IMG/VR virus record: IMGVR_UViG_3300020424_000652 | DNA length: 64,000 bases | Reading direction: 5' to 3' (one strand) | Origin: a virus | Shown here: piece after piece, positions 21,656-31,820 of the stretch | How positions within the stretch are numbered: position 1 is the stretch's first letter | How the letters are laid out: each line of letters begins with the position of its first letter | Notes under the pieces: generated by a model | Seen by the model: the letters and a program-made list of their open reading frames with translations, nothing else | Told to the model about the DNA's origin: nothing | Database searches by the model: none | Made by a program: the position numbers and the translations under genes

Positions 21656-22830
21656 TGAGCAAAACAATTTGTATTTTACCATGGATTCATATGTACGTCA
21701 ATGCCGACGGAAATGTTTTGCCTTGTTGCATAGGTGATTACAAACAACCTCTTGGTAATACACACAACAGAAGCATAGACGATATATGGAACAGCCATGA
21801 ATACAAAACATTAAGAAAACAATTAATGAATGGTGAAAAGCCTAGTGTATGTCATCAGTGCTGGAAACACGAAGAAGCAGGCAACAACAGTTCACGCATC
21901 AGTAACAACAAAAGATTCAAAGAAGACTTTCATATTGTGGATAAAACAAATACTGATGGTAGCTTAGACACCATGGATCTACGATACTTTGATGTGCGTT
22001 GGAGCAATATTTGTAATTTTAAATGCAGAACTTGTAGTGCAACATACAGCAGTAATTGGGCAGTTGAAGATAATCAACATGGAGACAACAAACCTGTGTA
22101 CATTTTTGCAGGAGGCGACAGCAATGATAGTTTATATAATCAATTTAAACCTCACTTTAAAAATATAAAAGTTTTTTATTTTGCAGGTGGTGAGCCATTA
22201 ATGACTGATAAGCATTATGAAATACTAGAACATCTAATTGAGACAGGCAACACAAAAGTAACATTAGAATACAATTCAAATGTAAGTAGATTAAAATACA
22301 AAAACAAAAGCATAATAGATTTATGGAACAAGTTTGAAAATGTTACTGTAAGTGCAAGTTTAGACAGTTGGGGATCACGTGCAGAATACATACGTGAAGG
22401 AACTGACTGGGACAAAGTTGAAAGCAATTTGCAAACAATTAAAGAAAAATGTCCACACGTTAAGATAAGTTTTAACACAGTTGTAAGCATTTTTAATTTA
22501 TGCACTCTAACAGATTTTTTAAAATACATCACAGCAAGGGGATTCAACACAAACAATGGCAGTTTGTATAACATTGTTGATCCTAATTATTATAGTGTTA
22601 GTGCTATGCCACAACAACTTAAAAACACAGCCAAAAGCAAGATTGAAGATTACATGAACGATAATCCTGGCAAATTTTCACATCAACTTAAAGGTGTTTT
22701 GCGTTACATAGACAATAGCAAGTTTGATGAAAATGCTTATAAGCTATTCAAAGCAAAAACTTTTTATTATGATAAAATTAGGAATAGAGATTTTGTTGAA
22801 ACATTTCCTGAATTGGTAGATGTAATTTAA
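21655..22830 (+). CDS. Radical SAM protein with N-terminal twitch-like domain
   Basis: CNFKCRTC, FAGGEP; N-terminal CILPWIH..PCC..CHQC; TAATG coupling at 21655. Confidence 0.9.
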   Translation: MSKTICILPWIHMYVNADGNVLPCCIGDYKQPLGNTHNRSIDDIWNSHEYKTLRKQLMNGEKPSVCHQCWKHEEAGNNSSRISNNKRFKEDFHIVDKTNTDGSLDTMDLRYFDVRWSNICNFKCRTCSATYSSNWAVEDNQHGDNKPVYIFAGGDSNDSLYNQFKPHFKNIKVFYFAGGEPLMTDKHYEILEHLIETGNTKVTLEYNSNVSRLKYKNKSIIDLWNKFENVTVSASLDSWGSRAEYIREGTDWDKVESNLQTIKEKCPHVKISFNTVVSIFNLCTLTDFLKYITARGFNTNNGSLYNIVDPNYYSVSAMPQQLKNTAKSKIEDYMNDNPGKFSHQLKGVLRYIDNSKFDENAYKLFKAKTFYYDKIRNRDFVETFPELVDVI

Positions 22831-23705
22831 ACTAAAGTTAATCTATTGTCCGGTTGAGATGGTGCTACAATTTTAGTTTCGTAAAAAAACATTTTCATCC
22901 AACGTTCATTCATCTTGTATACATTGAAGAATTCTTGTCTTATTTCATATGGCCTTGCCGCGTCTTGCAGTAGTTTCTTCCATTTATCAAATGCTTCACT
23001 TACTGCGGCATCAGTAGTATCTTTCCAGTCATGTTTAAAAACTTCTTTCAGGTAAGCATAATGTTCAAAAGGATTAGGATGTCCATCTTTGAAATATCTG
23101 TTTATTAATTTAGAATCTTGTTTAAATTTTTTCTTTAGTTGATTGCTGTATAAAACATCATAGAAGCTGGGTATTAGATTCTCTAATGTTTCATGATACA
23201 ATGCGTGTAACTTATTAAGTTCAATATCTTCTTTCTTAGTTTCCAGATCCCATTGATCTTTAAATGCTGTAATATCCAACATTTGTAAAAAGTGCCATTG
23301 TGTTTTATGTTTAAGCATTTCATGAGCCGCCTTTATAAAAGCATAGTCACGCAAAGATGCACCATACTCTGTAAAGTATTTGCGTACAAATTCTAAATCA
23401 TATGTTGTTTGTGAATATATGTTTCCAGGCGTAAGCCATTCATCTGTGTATCTATCTTCTCTGCTTACATTAGTCCATTGTACCATAACTAGATCTTCAT
23501 GTGTAAAATTATACATGGCATCTGCCTGCATTAGTGAATTAAATATGTAATGATTACCTGCACCTGCTCTGCCAAAGTTGTAAAATTCAATTGGCTCTAA
23601 TTCTTTCGCAAGTACGTTTGCCCATGTGCCCCAGTTGTATCCTGTGAAGCTACAACCAAATGTAAACAATCGTTTGGGCTGATTATGTATTAATACTTTT
23701 TTCAT
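22827..23705 (-). CDS. SGNH/GDSL-fold protein
   Basis: FGCSFT, GAGN and DGHP motifs. Confidence 0.6.
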   Translation of the reverse strand: MKKVLIHNQPKRLFTFGCSFTGYNWGTWANVLAKELEPIEFYNFGRAGAGNHYIFNSLMQADAMYNFTHEDLVMVQWTNVSREDRYTDEWLTPGNIYSQTTYDLEFVRKYFTEYGASLRDYAFIKAAHEMLKHKTQWHFLQMLDITAFKDQWDLETKKEDIELNKLHALYHETLENLIPSFYDVLYSNQLKKKFKQDSKLINRYFKDGHPNPFEHYAYLKEVFKHDWKDTTDAAVSEAFDKWKKLLQDAARPYEIRQEFFNVYKMNERWMKMFFYETKIVAPSQPDNRLTLV

Positions 23706-24972
23706 CTGCTAACTTTCTCATTAAACATACTGCTTGTTTGAATTGTTTTTTCTTGTACTTACCTTTTAACATAACTTCAAAATTGTGTTTAAGGACATCT
23801 GAATTTTGAAATTTCCAATTGATTTGTCTATCTAAAGGCATCTTCCTTATATTATCAATTATGCCTTGGCATTGTGTCCATAATGCTCTCCATCTTTTTG
23901 TGTTGTCTTTTATGTCATCAAAACTTAAATTAAACCAATCCTTGTAAGTACGATAACCATAATCATTTAGTTTTTGATTTGCTCCTGGCTGTCCCCATAT
24001 CACAAAAGGTTGCATATGGTACATACTTCTAAAAGTCTTTTCACTCCAGAACAAACTAGTACCTAAGTAATCTTCTACAAACGTTTCGTTTACTATTTGA
24101 AATAAAGTTGAATCATGCAAATTGCTGTGCAATCCAAGTGCATGATTAGTTTTAAAATCTTCTGTGTCAACTGTAAGTGGTAATGCTTTTTTAAATTTAC
24201 CAAGATGCTTTTCTGTAATACCACTGTTCTTAGGCAAATTATTTGAGTAAAAATTAAGGTTGTCTGTAATTTGATCGTGGCTTACAAGTCCGTCTTTGAA
24301 ATATTCACTGTTAAAAATATCATATGCACTTAAAGTTCTGTGAGGCCTATTAACTCTGCTTAGACTTAAAAATATTTTACCATACTTTTCATCTCTGTAT
24401 AATTTTTTTGTTTGTTCTACACTGGTGTTAAATCTTTTATGAATTACATCAGCATAAGGAAAGTTTTTATCATTTAAAGGAATTGTAGATATTTCGACTT
24501 GTCCTTGTACCCCAAGTATCATAGGTTCAAAATTTAAGTATGGAAAAACATTAATACTTTTTTCTATTCTATGTACCATATTGTATCTTGTTAAGTTTTC
24601 AACATCTTTCATATTACTGCTGAAAAAGAAAATTCTTTCAGGATCAACTCCATATATTTTTGCATTGTGGTACAGCATATCATAATATGGTTCTTGGTGT
24701 ATTGTGCTGAATCCTTCTGTACTTGCATCAAACACAAAAAAAGTTTTTTTATTCTTACGTAATTTTTTACGAGCTTTTGGTTTAATATATTGGAATATAT
24801 CAGTGGTTGTTGTCCATTGTTTTGGATATGAAATTAGCACACACATCACTGTAATATCGTCACTAGGTATTTGGTTTAGGACAAATGCTTCGCGTAAATT
24901 AACAGTCGTAAGAGTAAATGTAGGTTCTACTACATATTGGTTCTGTGTTAGAAAGCCGTGAATGTGTTCCAT
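23683..24972 (-). CDS. Putative glycosyltransferase-like protein (GT-B-like C-terminus)
   Basis: 'LSLSRVNRPHR...FQIVNETF...SEKTFRSMYHMQPFVIWG', reminiscent of the GT10-type SEK nucleotide-sugar motif. Confidence 0.45.
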   Translation of the reverse strand: MEHIHGFLTQNQYVVEPTFTLTTVNLREAFVLNQIPSDDITVMCVLISYPKQWTTTTDIFQYIKPKARKKLRKNKKTFFVFDASTEGFSTIHQEPYYDMLYHNAKIYGVDPERIFFFSSNMKDVENLTRYNMVHRIEKSINVFPYLNFEPMILGVQGQVEISTIPLNDKNFPYADVIHKRFNTSVEQTKKLYRDEKYGKIFLSLSRVNRPHRTLSAYDIFNSEYFKDGLVSHDQITDNLNFYSNNLPKNSGITEKHLGKFKKALPLTVDTEDFKTNHALGLHSNLHDSTLFQIVNETFVEDYLGTSLFWSEKTFRSMYHMQPFVIWGQPGANQKLNDYGYRTYKDWFNLSFDDIKDNTKRWRALWTQCQGIIDNIRKMPLDRQINWKFQNSDVLKHNFEVMLKGKYKKKQFKQAVCLMRKLADEKSINT

Positions 24973-24987
24973 AGTGTTTAATTTTCC

Positions 24988-25008
24988 ATAAATACTACTA
25001 TATTTATA
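24988..25008. promoter_or_regulatory. Face-to-face pair of late-type promoter motifs serving divergent genes
   Basis: ATAAATA (+) at 24988-24994 and exact TATAAATA (-) at 25001-25008 in the gap between 24972(-) and 25035(+). Confidence 0.55.
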
Positions 25009-25034
25009 TACGCATTTAATGGTAGGAGATTAGT

Positions 25035-26207
25035 GTGAAGATTAGTTTTTTAGGACTAGGTAAACTAGGTTTACCTTGTGCAGAAGCAGTTGCACAAAAA
25101 AATCATGATGTAACAGGTTATGATGTAGTAAATGTTAAAAGTGACCTTGTTGCAGTAAAACAAACAATCAGAGAAGCTGTACAGGATAGAGACATTGTCT
25201 TTGTTGCTGTACCAACACCACACCACCCTGACTATGATGGTCGTCAACCTACCGCACATCTAGAGCCAAAAGATTTTTCTTATGATATAGTTATTGATGT
25301 ATTGCGTGAAGCCGACAGGCATATGAATAATAAACAATTATTAGTTTTAATATCAACAGTTTTACCTGGTACGACTAGACGTGAATTTGTACCATTAATA
25401 AAAAATGCAAGATTCATTTATAATCCTTATCTCATTGCTATGGGTACAGTGGCATGGGATATGGTCAACCCTGAGATGGTAATGGTAGGCACTGAAGACG
25501 GAACCAAGACAGGTGATGCAAAACAATTAATTGACTTTTATGCAACAGTGATGGAAAATCACCCTAGGTATGAGGTAGGTACTTGGGACGAGTGCGAGTG
25601 TATTAAAATATTTTACAACACATTCATAAGCATGAAGATAGGATTTGTAAACATGATACAAGACGTTGCTGAAAAACAAGGCAACATTGATGTTGATGTA
25701 GTGACAGAAGCACTTGCTTCTAGCAAACAAAGAATAATAAGCAAACGTTACATGACAGCAGGAATGGGCGATGGAGGTGCTTGTCACCCAAGGGACAATA
25801 TTGCATTACGTTGGATGGCACAAAAATTAGATCTCAAGTATGATATATTTGATGCAATCATGAATGCAAGAGAAGTACAAGCAAAAAATTTAGCTATGTA
25901 TCTTGTAAAATTAGCTGAAGAGAATGATTTACCAATACTGTTAAATGGTGTTGCATACAAACCAGGAGTGCCATATGTAGATGGTAGTTACAGTTTACTG
26001 GTTGGTCATTATTGTAAAGAATTAGGATATGACTGTATGAAAGTTGATCCTCATGTGTTTCCAGACACAGGCCCTTATAGTGCGGTGGTGTTATTGGCAC
26101 ATGAAGAATTGTATTGTAAATTAAATGACGACAGCATCATTGTTGATCCATGGAGAAACTTCCAATCAAAAACATTTAAAGTAATTCATTACGGAAATAC
26201 TAGATGA
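25035..26207 (+). CDS. ugd: UDP-glucose/GDP-mannose 6-dehydrogenase family protein
   Basis: GLGKLG Rossmann motif, FVAVPTP, STVLPGT, KIFYNTFIS, GDGGACHPRD catalytic Cys, GVAYKP; AGGAG RBS with GTG start. Confidence 0.9.
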   Translation: MKISFLGLGKLGLPCAEAVAQKNHDVTGYDVVNVKSDLVAVKQTIREAVQDRDIVFVAVPTPHHPDYDGRQPTAHLEPKDFSYDIVIDVLREADRHMNNKQLLVLISTVLPGTTRREFVPLIKNARFIYNPYLIAMGTVAWDMVNPEMVMVGTEDGTKTGDAKQLIDFYATVMENHPRYEVGTWDECECIKIFYNTFISMKIGFVNMIQDVAEKQGNIDVDVVTEALASSKQRIISKRYMTAGMGDGGACHPRDNIALRWMAQKLDLKYDIFDAIMNAREVQAKNLAMYLVKLAEENDLPILLNGVAYKPGVPYVDGSYSLLVGHYCKELGYDCMKVDPHVFPDTGPYSAVVLLAHEELYCKLNDDSIIVDPWRNFQSKTFKVIHYGNTR

Positions 26208-27082
26208 GCAGAATATTAATATGTGGCGACAGTAATAGTCTGGGCGAATGGGGGACAGTGATTCCTGGACCAGCTGTGGCAAACAATGACAATCCAGAGA
26301 TATTCAAACCATATAACAAAGAAGAATATTTAAAAGAACCTCATGCAAAACCTTTCAATGTAGTGTGGCCAGGGTTTGGTTATGAATTAGATCAAAAAGG
26401 TCATGCAACAGTAAATTATAGCATAGGCGGTGGAACTAATATTGAGGCAATATTCAAAGTTGAAGAAGCACTAGGACTTGCTCCACCATTTACCAGTCCT
26501 GTATTTTACAGCCCTGATGTCATAATACTGATGCTGACTGAGCCTATACGAGATTTGACTCCACCACGTTGGCCTCCAGAAGCAGGTTTAAAAGACTTAG
26601 AAAAATATTACGTGCAAAGAGATGAAGCTGTAAAACAAGCAACAAGTATAAAAGATTTAAATGATAGATTGTTAAAAATAATTTTTGATGGAGCTCAAAA
26701 AATATACAACGAAACAAACATTCCTTGGATAATAATTGAAGGTTGGGGAAAATGTCCTGCTATTGACGACTACACTTTCATAAAATATATCCACAAAGAT
26801 TGGATGTCTAAATTACTAGGACATGAGATACCATTAATGAGCAGTTGGCCAACTGTTAATTTATTACGCAGAGCAAGACCAGATCTTGCAGATGCTAGTG
26901 CAACAAAATTTTTACAAAAACATTTACCTATAGAGCAAAAGGAAACAGAATTTAAAAAAATAGTTGACGATTATGAACGCACAATAAACACCATGCAGGA
27001 ACACAAACAGTTTCCAGACAACTGTCATCCTGATAGATTCATACATCAACAACTTGCTAAAGAATTGGAACCTTATGTATGA
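26204..27082 (+). CDS. SGNH/GDSL-fold protein
   Basis: CGDSNS, GGTN and DNCHP motifs. Confidence 0.6.
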   Translation: MSRILICGDSNSLGEWGTVIPGPAVANNDNPEIFKPYNKEEYLKEPHAKPFNVVWPGFGYELDQKGHATVNYSIGGGTNIEAIFKVEEALGLAPPFTSPVFYSPDVIILMLTEPIRDLTPPRWPPEAGLKDLEKYYVQRDEAVKQATSIKDLNDRLLKIIFDGAQKIYNETNIPWIIIEGWGKCPAIDDYTFIKYIHKDWMSKLLGHEIPLMSSWPTVNLLRRARPDLADASATKFLQKHLPIEQKETEFKKIVDDYERTINTMQEHKQFPDNCHPDRFIHQQLAKELEPYV

Positions 27083-27758
27083 TATATGTTTCATAAGTTA
27101 TAACGAACCTGACGCAGAGGAAAGATACGAAAAGCTATCTAAACGTTTCCCTAGAATAAAAAGGGTACACGGCGTCAAAGGTATTCATCAAGCTCACATC
27201 ACTGCCGCAAAGAAATGCTCAACAAAAATGTTTTGGGTCATAGATGGTGATGCTGACTTGTTACCCGAATTCAATTTGGATCATGTTGTAAACGAATATG
27301 ATTTAGATTGTGTCCATGTGTGGCGTAGCCGAAATCCTATCAACGATTTAGTCTATGGTTATGGTGGCGTAAAACTCCTACCAAGACGACTAACCATGAA
27401 CGTAGATGTAAACAGCAGTGATATGACTACTTCAATATCAGATAGGTTCAAGGCTATGCCAGACGTGAGTAACGTTACTTGTTTTAACACAGATGAATTT
27501 AGCACTTGGAAAAGTGCATTCAGAGAATGTGCAAAATTAAGTAGCAAAACAATTAACAGACAAGAAGAAGGAGAAACAAATGAAAGACTTAAAATATGGA
27601 CCACTAGAGCTAATGGAAGATTTTGTGAATTTGCGATTCGAGGTGCTAATGCTGGTATGGAGTTTGGCCTTTCTGATGGGGTTGACCTTCGGCTAATAAA
27701 TGACTTTGACTGGTTACGTCAACGTTTTCATATGGATGAAATGAATGATACCATTTAA
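27075..27758 (+). CDS. Glycosyltransferase-like protein (GT2-like)
   Basis: 'FISYNEP...KRVHGVKG...FWVIDGD...WKSAFRECAK'; paralog of 18482. Confidence 0.6.
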   Translation: MYDICFISYNEPDAEERYEKLSKRFPRIKRVHGVKGIHQAHITAAKKCSTKMFWVIDGDADLLPEFNLDHVVNEYDLDCVHVWRSRNPINDLVYGYGGVKLLPRRLTMNVDVNSSDMTTSISDRFKAMPDVSNVTCFNTDEFSTWKSAFRECAKLSSKTINRQEEGETNERLKIWTTRANGRFCEFAIRGANAGMEFGLSDGVDLRLINDFDWLRQRFHMDEMNDTI

Positions 27759-28707
27759 AAGGATTCAGAAACTAGGACATACTAATATGTTAAACAAGAA
27801 GTTGTTTAATGTAAGCTGGATCCTTGGACGTTTTTGTAATTATGATTGCAGTTATTGTTGGCCCTATGCAAGAAGTAAAACACTTGATCATAGACCCTTT
27901 GAAGTTTACACAAGAACAATAGATGAAATAAAACGTCAAGCAAAAGCAAATGGATTTGACCAGTTTCATTTTAGTTTTAGTGGAGGCGAACCAACTACAT
28001 ACAAAAAATTTATAGATCTAGTTAATCACTATGAGGACTTTGAAAGTGAATATCTAAGCATACACATGACAAGTAATTGTAGTCCGGGTAAGCGTTGGTG
28101 GAAACGCTGGCTTGATGCAACACATTATCTAGATAGAAGAAGCATCACTGCAAGTTTTCATGCAGAATTTGCCGATGAAAAAGAATTTGGTGATAAACTT
28201 TTATATTTACAGGACAACGATGTCCTTGTAACAATCAATCAGGTAATGGTGCCTGAACACTGGGAGGAATATTATGAACGAAGTAAACGTTTTGGTGATA
28301 GGGGCCTTCACGTTACACTCAAGCCTCAGTCTGATCCTACTGCTAGTTTTGTCGTGGGTGGTTATACGGAAGAGCAAAAAAACATATTGCAACAGGACAA
28401 TCAACAAACCACACCGCAAATCATCTTGCAAGATGATAATGGAATAGAGTATTGGATTGATCAAGCAGAAAGATTAAATGCTTATGGCTTCAATAAATTT
28501 AAAGATTGGAACTGTTGGGCAGGTTATCAAAGTTGTATAATACGAGAACCAGGCGGTGAAGTTAAACGTGCATATAGTTGCCATGATGAGCCTTTAGGCA
28601 CGTTAGACGACGGATTTGAGCTGTTTAAAGCACCAATGCCGTGCGTTACTCCGACCTGTGTAAGTAGTGCTGATAGCAAGATACCAAAGGAGAGAGTCAA
28701 TGTATAA
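27745..28707 (+). CDS. Radical SAM protein with C-terminal Cys-rich (SPASM/twitch-like) domain
   Basis: CNYDCSYC, FSGGEP; C-terminal NCWAG...SC...CVTPTC. Confidence 0.9.
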   Translation: MIPFKRIQKLGHTNMLNKKLFNVSWILGRFCNYDCSYCWPYARSKTLDHRPFEVYTRTIDEIKRQAKANGFDQFHFSFSGGEPTTYKKFIDLVNHYEDFESEYLSIHMTSNCSPGKRWWKRWLDATHYLDRRSITASFHAEFADEKEFGDKLLYLQDNDVLVTINQVMVPEHWEEYYERSKRFGDRGLHVTLKPQSDPTASFVVGGYTEEQKNILQQDNQQTTPQIILQDDNGIEYWIDQAERLNAYGFNKFKDWNCWAGYQSCIIREPGGEVKRAYSCHDEPLGTLDDGFELFKAPMPCVTPTCVSSADSKIPKERVNV

Positions 28708-29251
28708 AATGGTTGAATGGAATGAAACTTTGGATTTGGAAGAATTTTATCAGGAAGCAGAAAGAAGGGGTCATAGGAACAATGCAAATCAAAAATCTAT
28801 GATTGATTGTTTTAAAAATGAAGACAAATGGAATGCGTGGATATTGTACAAACATGAAAAAGCTATTGGTAGTGTTGTTGCACATACATTTCCTGAAATG
28901 AATGGATATAGAATACTTGCAAGAACCTGTGTGTTGGATGGAGTGCGTGACGGAAAAGGATTAGGAACTGGTAGAAGATACATAGTTGAACATCAAAATT
29001 TAACAAGTCAATATTTTGTTCCGACTTGTATAGAGTGGTGTGGTGTAGATTCAGATATGTATGTAACCAGCAACAACGAAGAAGCAGGTTCACAGAGGTT
29101 AGTAAATAAAATATACTTTCCTTTGTTAGAAAAGCAAGGTGAATTTAGTAAAGTAAAGGAAATAAATTATAGAAACACAGAACAGATTGTTTGGAAACTA
29201 AACGCACATAAGTTTTTAGAAAATTTAAGAAAGTACCCATGTATAAAATAG
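28700..29251 (+). CDS. Hypothetical protein, possible GNAT-fold acyltransferase
   Basis: 'YRILARTCVLDGVRDGKGLG' resembles GNAT motif A; AGGAG RBS before ATG 28700. Confidence 0.45.
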   Translation: MYKMVEWNETLDLEEFYQEAERRGHRNNANQKSMIDCFKNEDKWNAWILYKHEKAIGSVVAHTFPEMNGYRILARTCVLDGVRDGKGLGTGRRYIVEHQNLTSQYFVPTCIEWCGVDSDMYVTSNNEEAGSQRLVNKIYFPLLEKQGEFSKVKEINYRNTEQIVWKLNAHKFLENLRKYPCIK

Positions 29252-30231
29252 AAGATATCAAAGCAATACATTTAGAAGTCACAAGTAGGTGTCAAGCAAA
29301 GTGTCCTATGTGTGCAAGACGTATCAATGGAGGTCCTTTGAATCCTTTTATGGGGTTAGATGAAATAACCATAGACAAATTTATGGAATGGTTTCCAATA
29401 GACTTTATAAAACAACTTAATCATCTTGCAATATGTGGTAACTTGGGTGATCCTATTGTTGCAAAAGATACTTTGCCTATATACGAATATTTGAGAGAAG
29501 CAAATCCTACCATGACTTTACAAATGCACACAAACGGAAGTGGTAGAACTAAAGAGTGGTGGCAAAAAATTGCAAAACTAGGAGTACAAACTGTTTTTGC
29601 AATAGATGGACTAGCAGATACTCATGCCAAGTATAGAATAAACACTGATTGGAAAAAAATAATTGACAATGTAATGACTTTTGTTGATGCTGGTGGAAAA
29701 GCAAGATGGGATATGCTAGTGTTCCAACACAATGAACATCAAGTTGAAGAGTGTAGAACTTTATCGCAAAGATTAGGTATGGAAAGTTTCACTATAAAAC
29801 ACACAACACGTTTTAAAGATGGTAAGTTTGATGTTCTTAATGAACAAGGACAAACAATAGATACATTATATCCAACAGAATTAAGTAAAAAGATGATGGG
29901 CAAGGTTAAAAAAGCATCTGCTGAACAGCTACCTACAATAAAATGCAAAGCAGTGAAGGATAGTATGCTGTATGTAAGTGCTTTAGGTAGTGTAACTCCT
30001 TGTTGTTGGTTAGATCAGCAGTTTTATCCGCATACACATGAGAATAGAATAGATTACATGAACAAAATTAAGGTTTGGCCTAACTTAAATAATACTACTA
30101 TGAAAGATATATTTGCAAGTGGCTACTTTGACCTTATAGCTGGTTGTTGGAATACAACAGGCTTAAAAGAATGTTCAAAACAATGTGGCAGTTTTGACAA
30201 ATTAAATGAACAATTCGTAGAAAGGACGTAA
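29239..30231 (+). CDS. Radical SAM/SPASM protein
   Basis: CQAKCPMC, CGNLGDP; C-terminal KC..PCCW..CSKQC; paralog of 39188. Confidence 0.9.
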   Translation: MYKIEDIKAIHLEVTSRCQAKCPMCARRINGGPLNPFMGLDEITIDKFMEWFPIDFIKQLNHLAICGNLGDPIVAKDTLPIYEYLREANPTMTLQMHTNGSGRTKEWWQKIAKLGVQTVFAIDGLADTHAKYRINTDWKKIIDNVMTFVDAGGKARWDMLVFQHNEHQVEECRTLSQRLGMESFTIKHTTRFKDGKFDVLNEQGQTIDTLYPTELSKKMMGKVKKASAEQLPTIKCKAVKDSMLYVSALGSVTPCCWLDQQFYPHTHENRIDYMNKIKVWPNLNNTTMKDIFASGYFDLIAGCWNTTGLKECSKQCGSFDKLNEQFVERT

Positions 30232-30232
30232 A

Positions 30233-30523
30233 ATGATATTTTGGATAGGCTTTACAGTGATGGTGTTGAATGAAGGATTTGTAATAATGCGTCATGTACA
30301 CCCTTGGTTTGCTAACAAAAGAGATCATCTAATTGCAACCTATGGTGCGAAGTGGAAGAAGTTTCACGCAACACTTGATTACGTATGGATAGGTGGTGTC
30401 AGTCTAGGAATCATGATAGATATTGCTAATTGGAAATTATATGCAACAGTATTAGCAACCTTCTGGAGTGTAGTTGCAGTATGCGTTTACTTACCACTGT
30501 TAATTAAGAAACTTAAAAAATGA
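30233..30523 (+). CDS. Small membrane protein
   Basis: About three hydrophobic segments. Confidence 0.65.
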   Translation: MIFWIGFTVMVLNEGFVIMRHVHPWFANKRDHLIATYGAKWKKFHATLDYVWIGGVSLGIMIDIANWKLYATVLATFWSVVAVCVYLPLLIKKLKK

Positions 30524-31257
30524 AAAAGAAAACCCTTGCATACATAATTGGTGGTGAAGCTAGATTGGTAGCAGAAACATTTAGACAAGATGAAATATAT
30601 CAACAGTTGTGCGAGAAGTACAAGGTGCATACGTATATCCACAGTTGGACACAGCTTGGTAGATGGACCAAAGCCAATGAAAAGTATCGCTTTGGTACAA
30701 GACCAGAAACTTCAAAGTTTTATCCGCCTGATTTTGAGATAGTAAAAAATTACAGGGAAGTTATCATGGAAGAGTATAGCATATACAATCCTAGGTTTAT
30801 TGAAGTTGAAGATTATGATACATCTTTCAATGTTGAAAACTTTCCTTGTGGACAATATATTAGCAGGGCAAAAGCATTTAGAAGCATAGCTGGATTTAAT
30901 TTAAAGAACGCAGAAAAATACGATTACGTTTGGTTAGGAAGATCTGATGCGGCGGGCAAAGGTCAGTTGCCAGAGTTTCAAAAAGGCAAAATACATTGTC
31001 CTGAAATAAGTTTTGATGACAACATTTTTAGAGCAGAAGATTGGTATTATGCAGGACCATATGATATGTTTAAAAATTTAGTTGTATGGGCAGATGATCC
31101 TATTACATCAATACAATCGATAATAAACAATCCTTGGATTATGGAATTAGGAGATAGAGTAAAGAATACACACGTTTGGCAAGCCATACTTACTGGTGAT
31201 GCAGGAGAAAATATTTTTTTAAGAGATGAAATAAAATGGAAACTGTTAACTTACTAA
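30520..31257 (+). CDS. Hypothetical protein, possible glycosyltransferase-like
   Basis: 'LAYIIGGEAR...YIHSW...YDYVWLGRSD...DWYYAG' pattern seen in polysaccharide-locus GT-like proteins. Confidence 0.4.
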   Translation: MKKKTLAYIIGGEARLVAETFRQDEIYQQLCEKYKVHTYIHSWTQLGRWTKANEKYRFGTRPETSKFYPPDFEIVKNYREVIMEEYSIYNPRFIEVEDYDTSFNVENFPCGQYISRAKAFRSIAGFNLKNAEKYDYVWLGRSDAAGKGQLPEFQKGKIHCPEISFDDNIFRAEDWYYAGPYDMFKNLVVWADDPITSIQSIINNPWIMELGDRVKNTHVWQAILTGDAGENIFLRDEIKWKLLTY

Positions 31258-31820
31258 TACTTGATTACGATGGCACACTTGCAGATTGCAAGGAACTGCA
31301 TCAACAGGCTTTTAGAAAGGCTTGTATGAAAGTGAATAACGCAATACGTTATACTGACGAAGAAGTAGAAGGAATGCCTACCTTTGTTAAGATTGATTAT
31401 TTGAAAGCAAAAGGATATCAGTTTGACGAAACACTATTAATGGATCTTAAACAAGAATATACAATGAATGATATTAGCAAATATGTTAAGTTTGACCAAG
31501 AACTAAAAGATATATTTGTTAGATTAAGCAAAAAATATAGACTTGCAGTTTGTTCAAATGCTACTCGTAAATTTGTAGATAAAAGTTTAGCAATACAAAA
31601 GTTAGATATGTTTGAGCCTGTGTGTACAGCAACAGAACACAAACCTAAACCAGAAGTTGATATGTATTACAATGCCATGTATCATTACGGAGTATCGCCA
31701 ATGCAAACAGTAATATTTGAAGATAGTCCACTAGGAATACAAGCGGCAACTTCAACCACGGCTACTGTAAAGCAAGTTAAAAATGTAGAACATTTAAAGG
31801 GGTTGTTAAATGAGTATTAA
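31236..31820 (+). CDS. HAD-superfamily phosphatase
   Basis: DYDGTL motif I, CSN, KPKP, FEDS..GIQAA. Confidence 0.9.
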   Translation: METVNLLILDYDGTLADCKELHQQAFRKACMKVNNAIRYTDEEVEGMPTFVKIDYLKAKGYQFDETLLMDLKQEYTMNDISKYVKFDQELKDIFVRLSKKYRLAVCSNATRKFVDKSLAIQKLDMFEPVCTATEHKPKPEVDMYYNAMYHYGVSPMQTVIFEDSPLGIQAATSTTATVKQVKNVEHLKGLLNEY

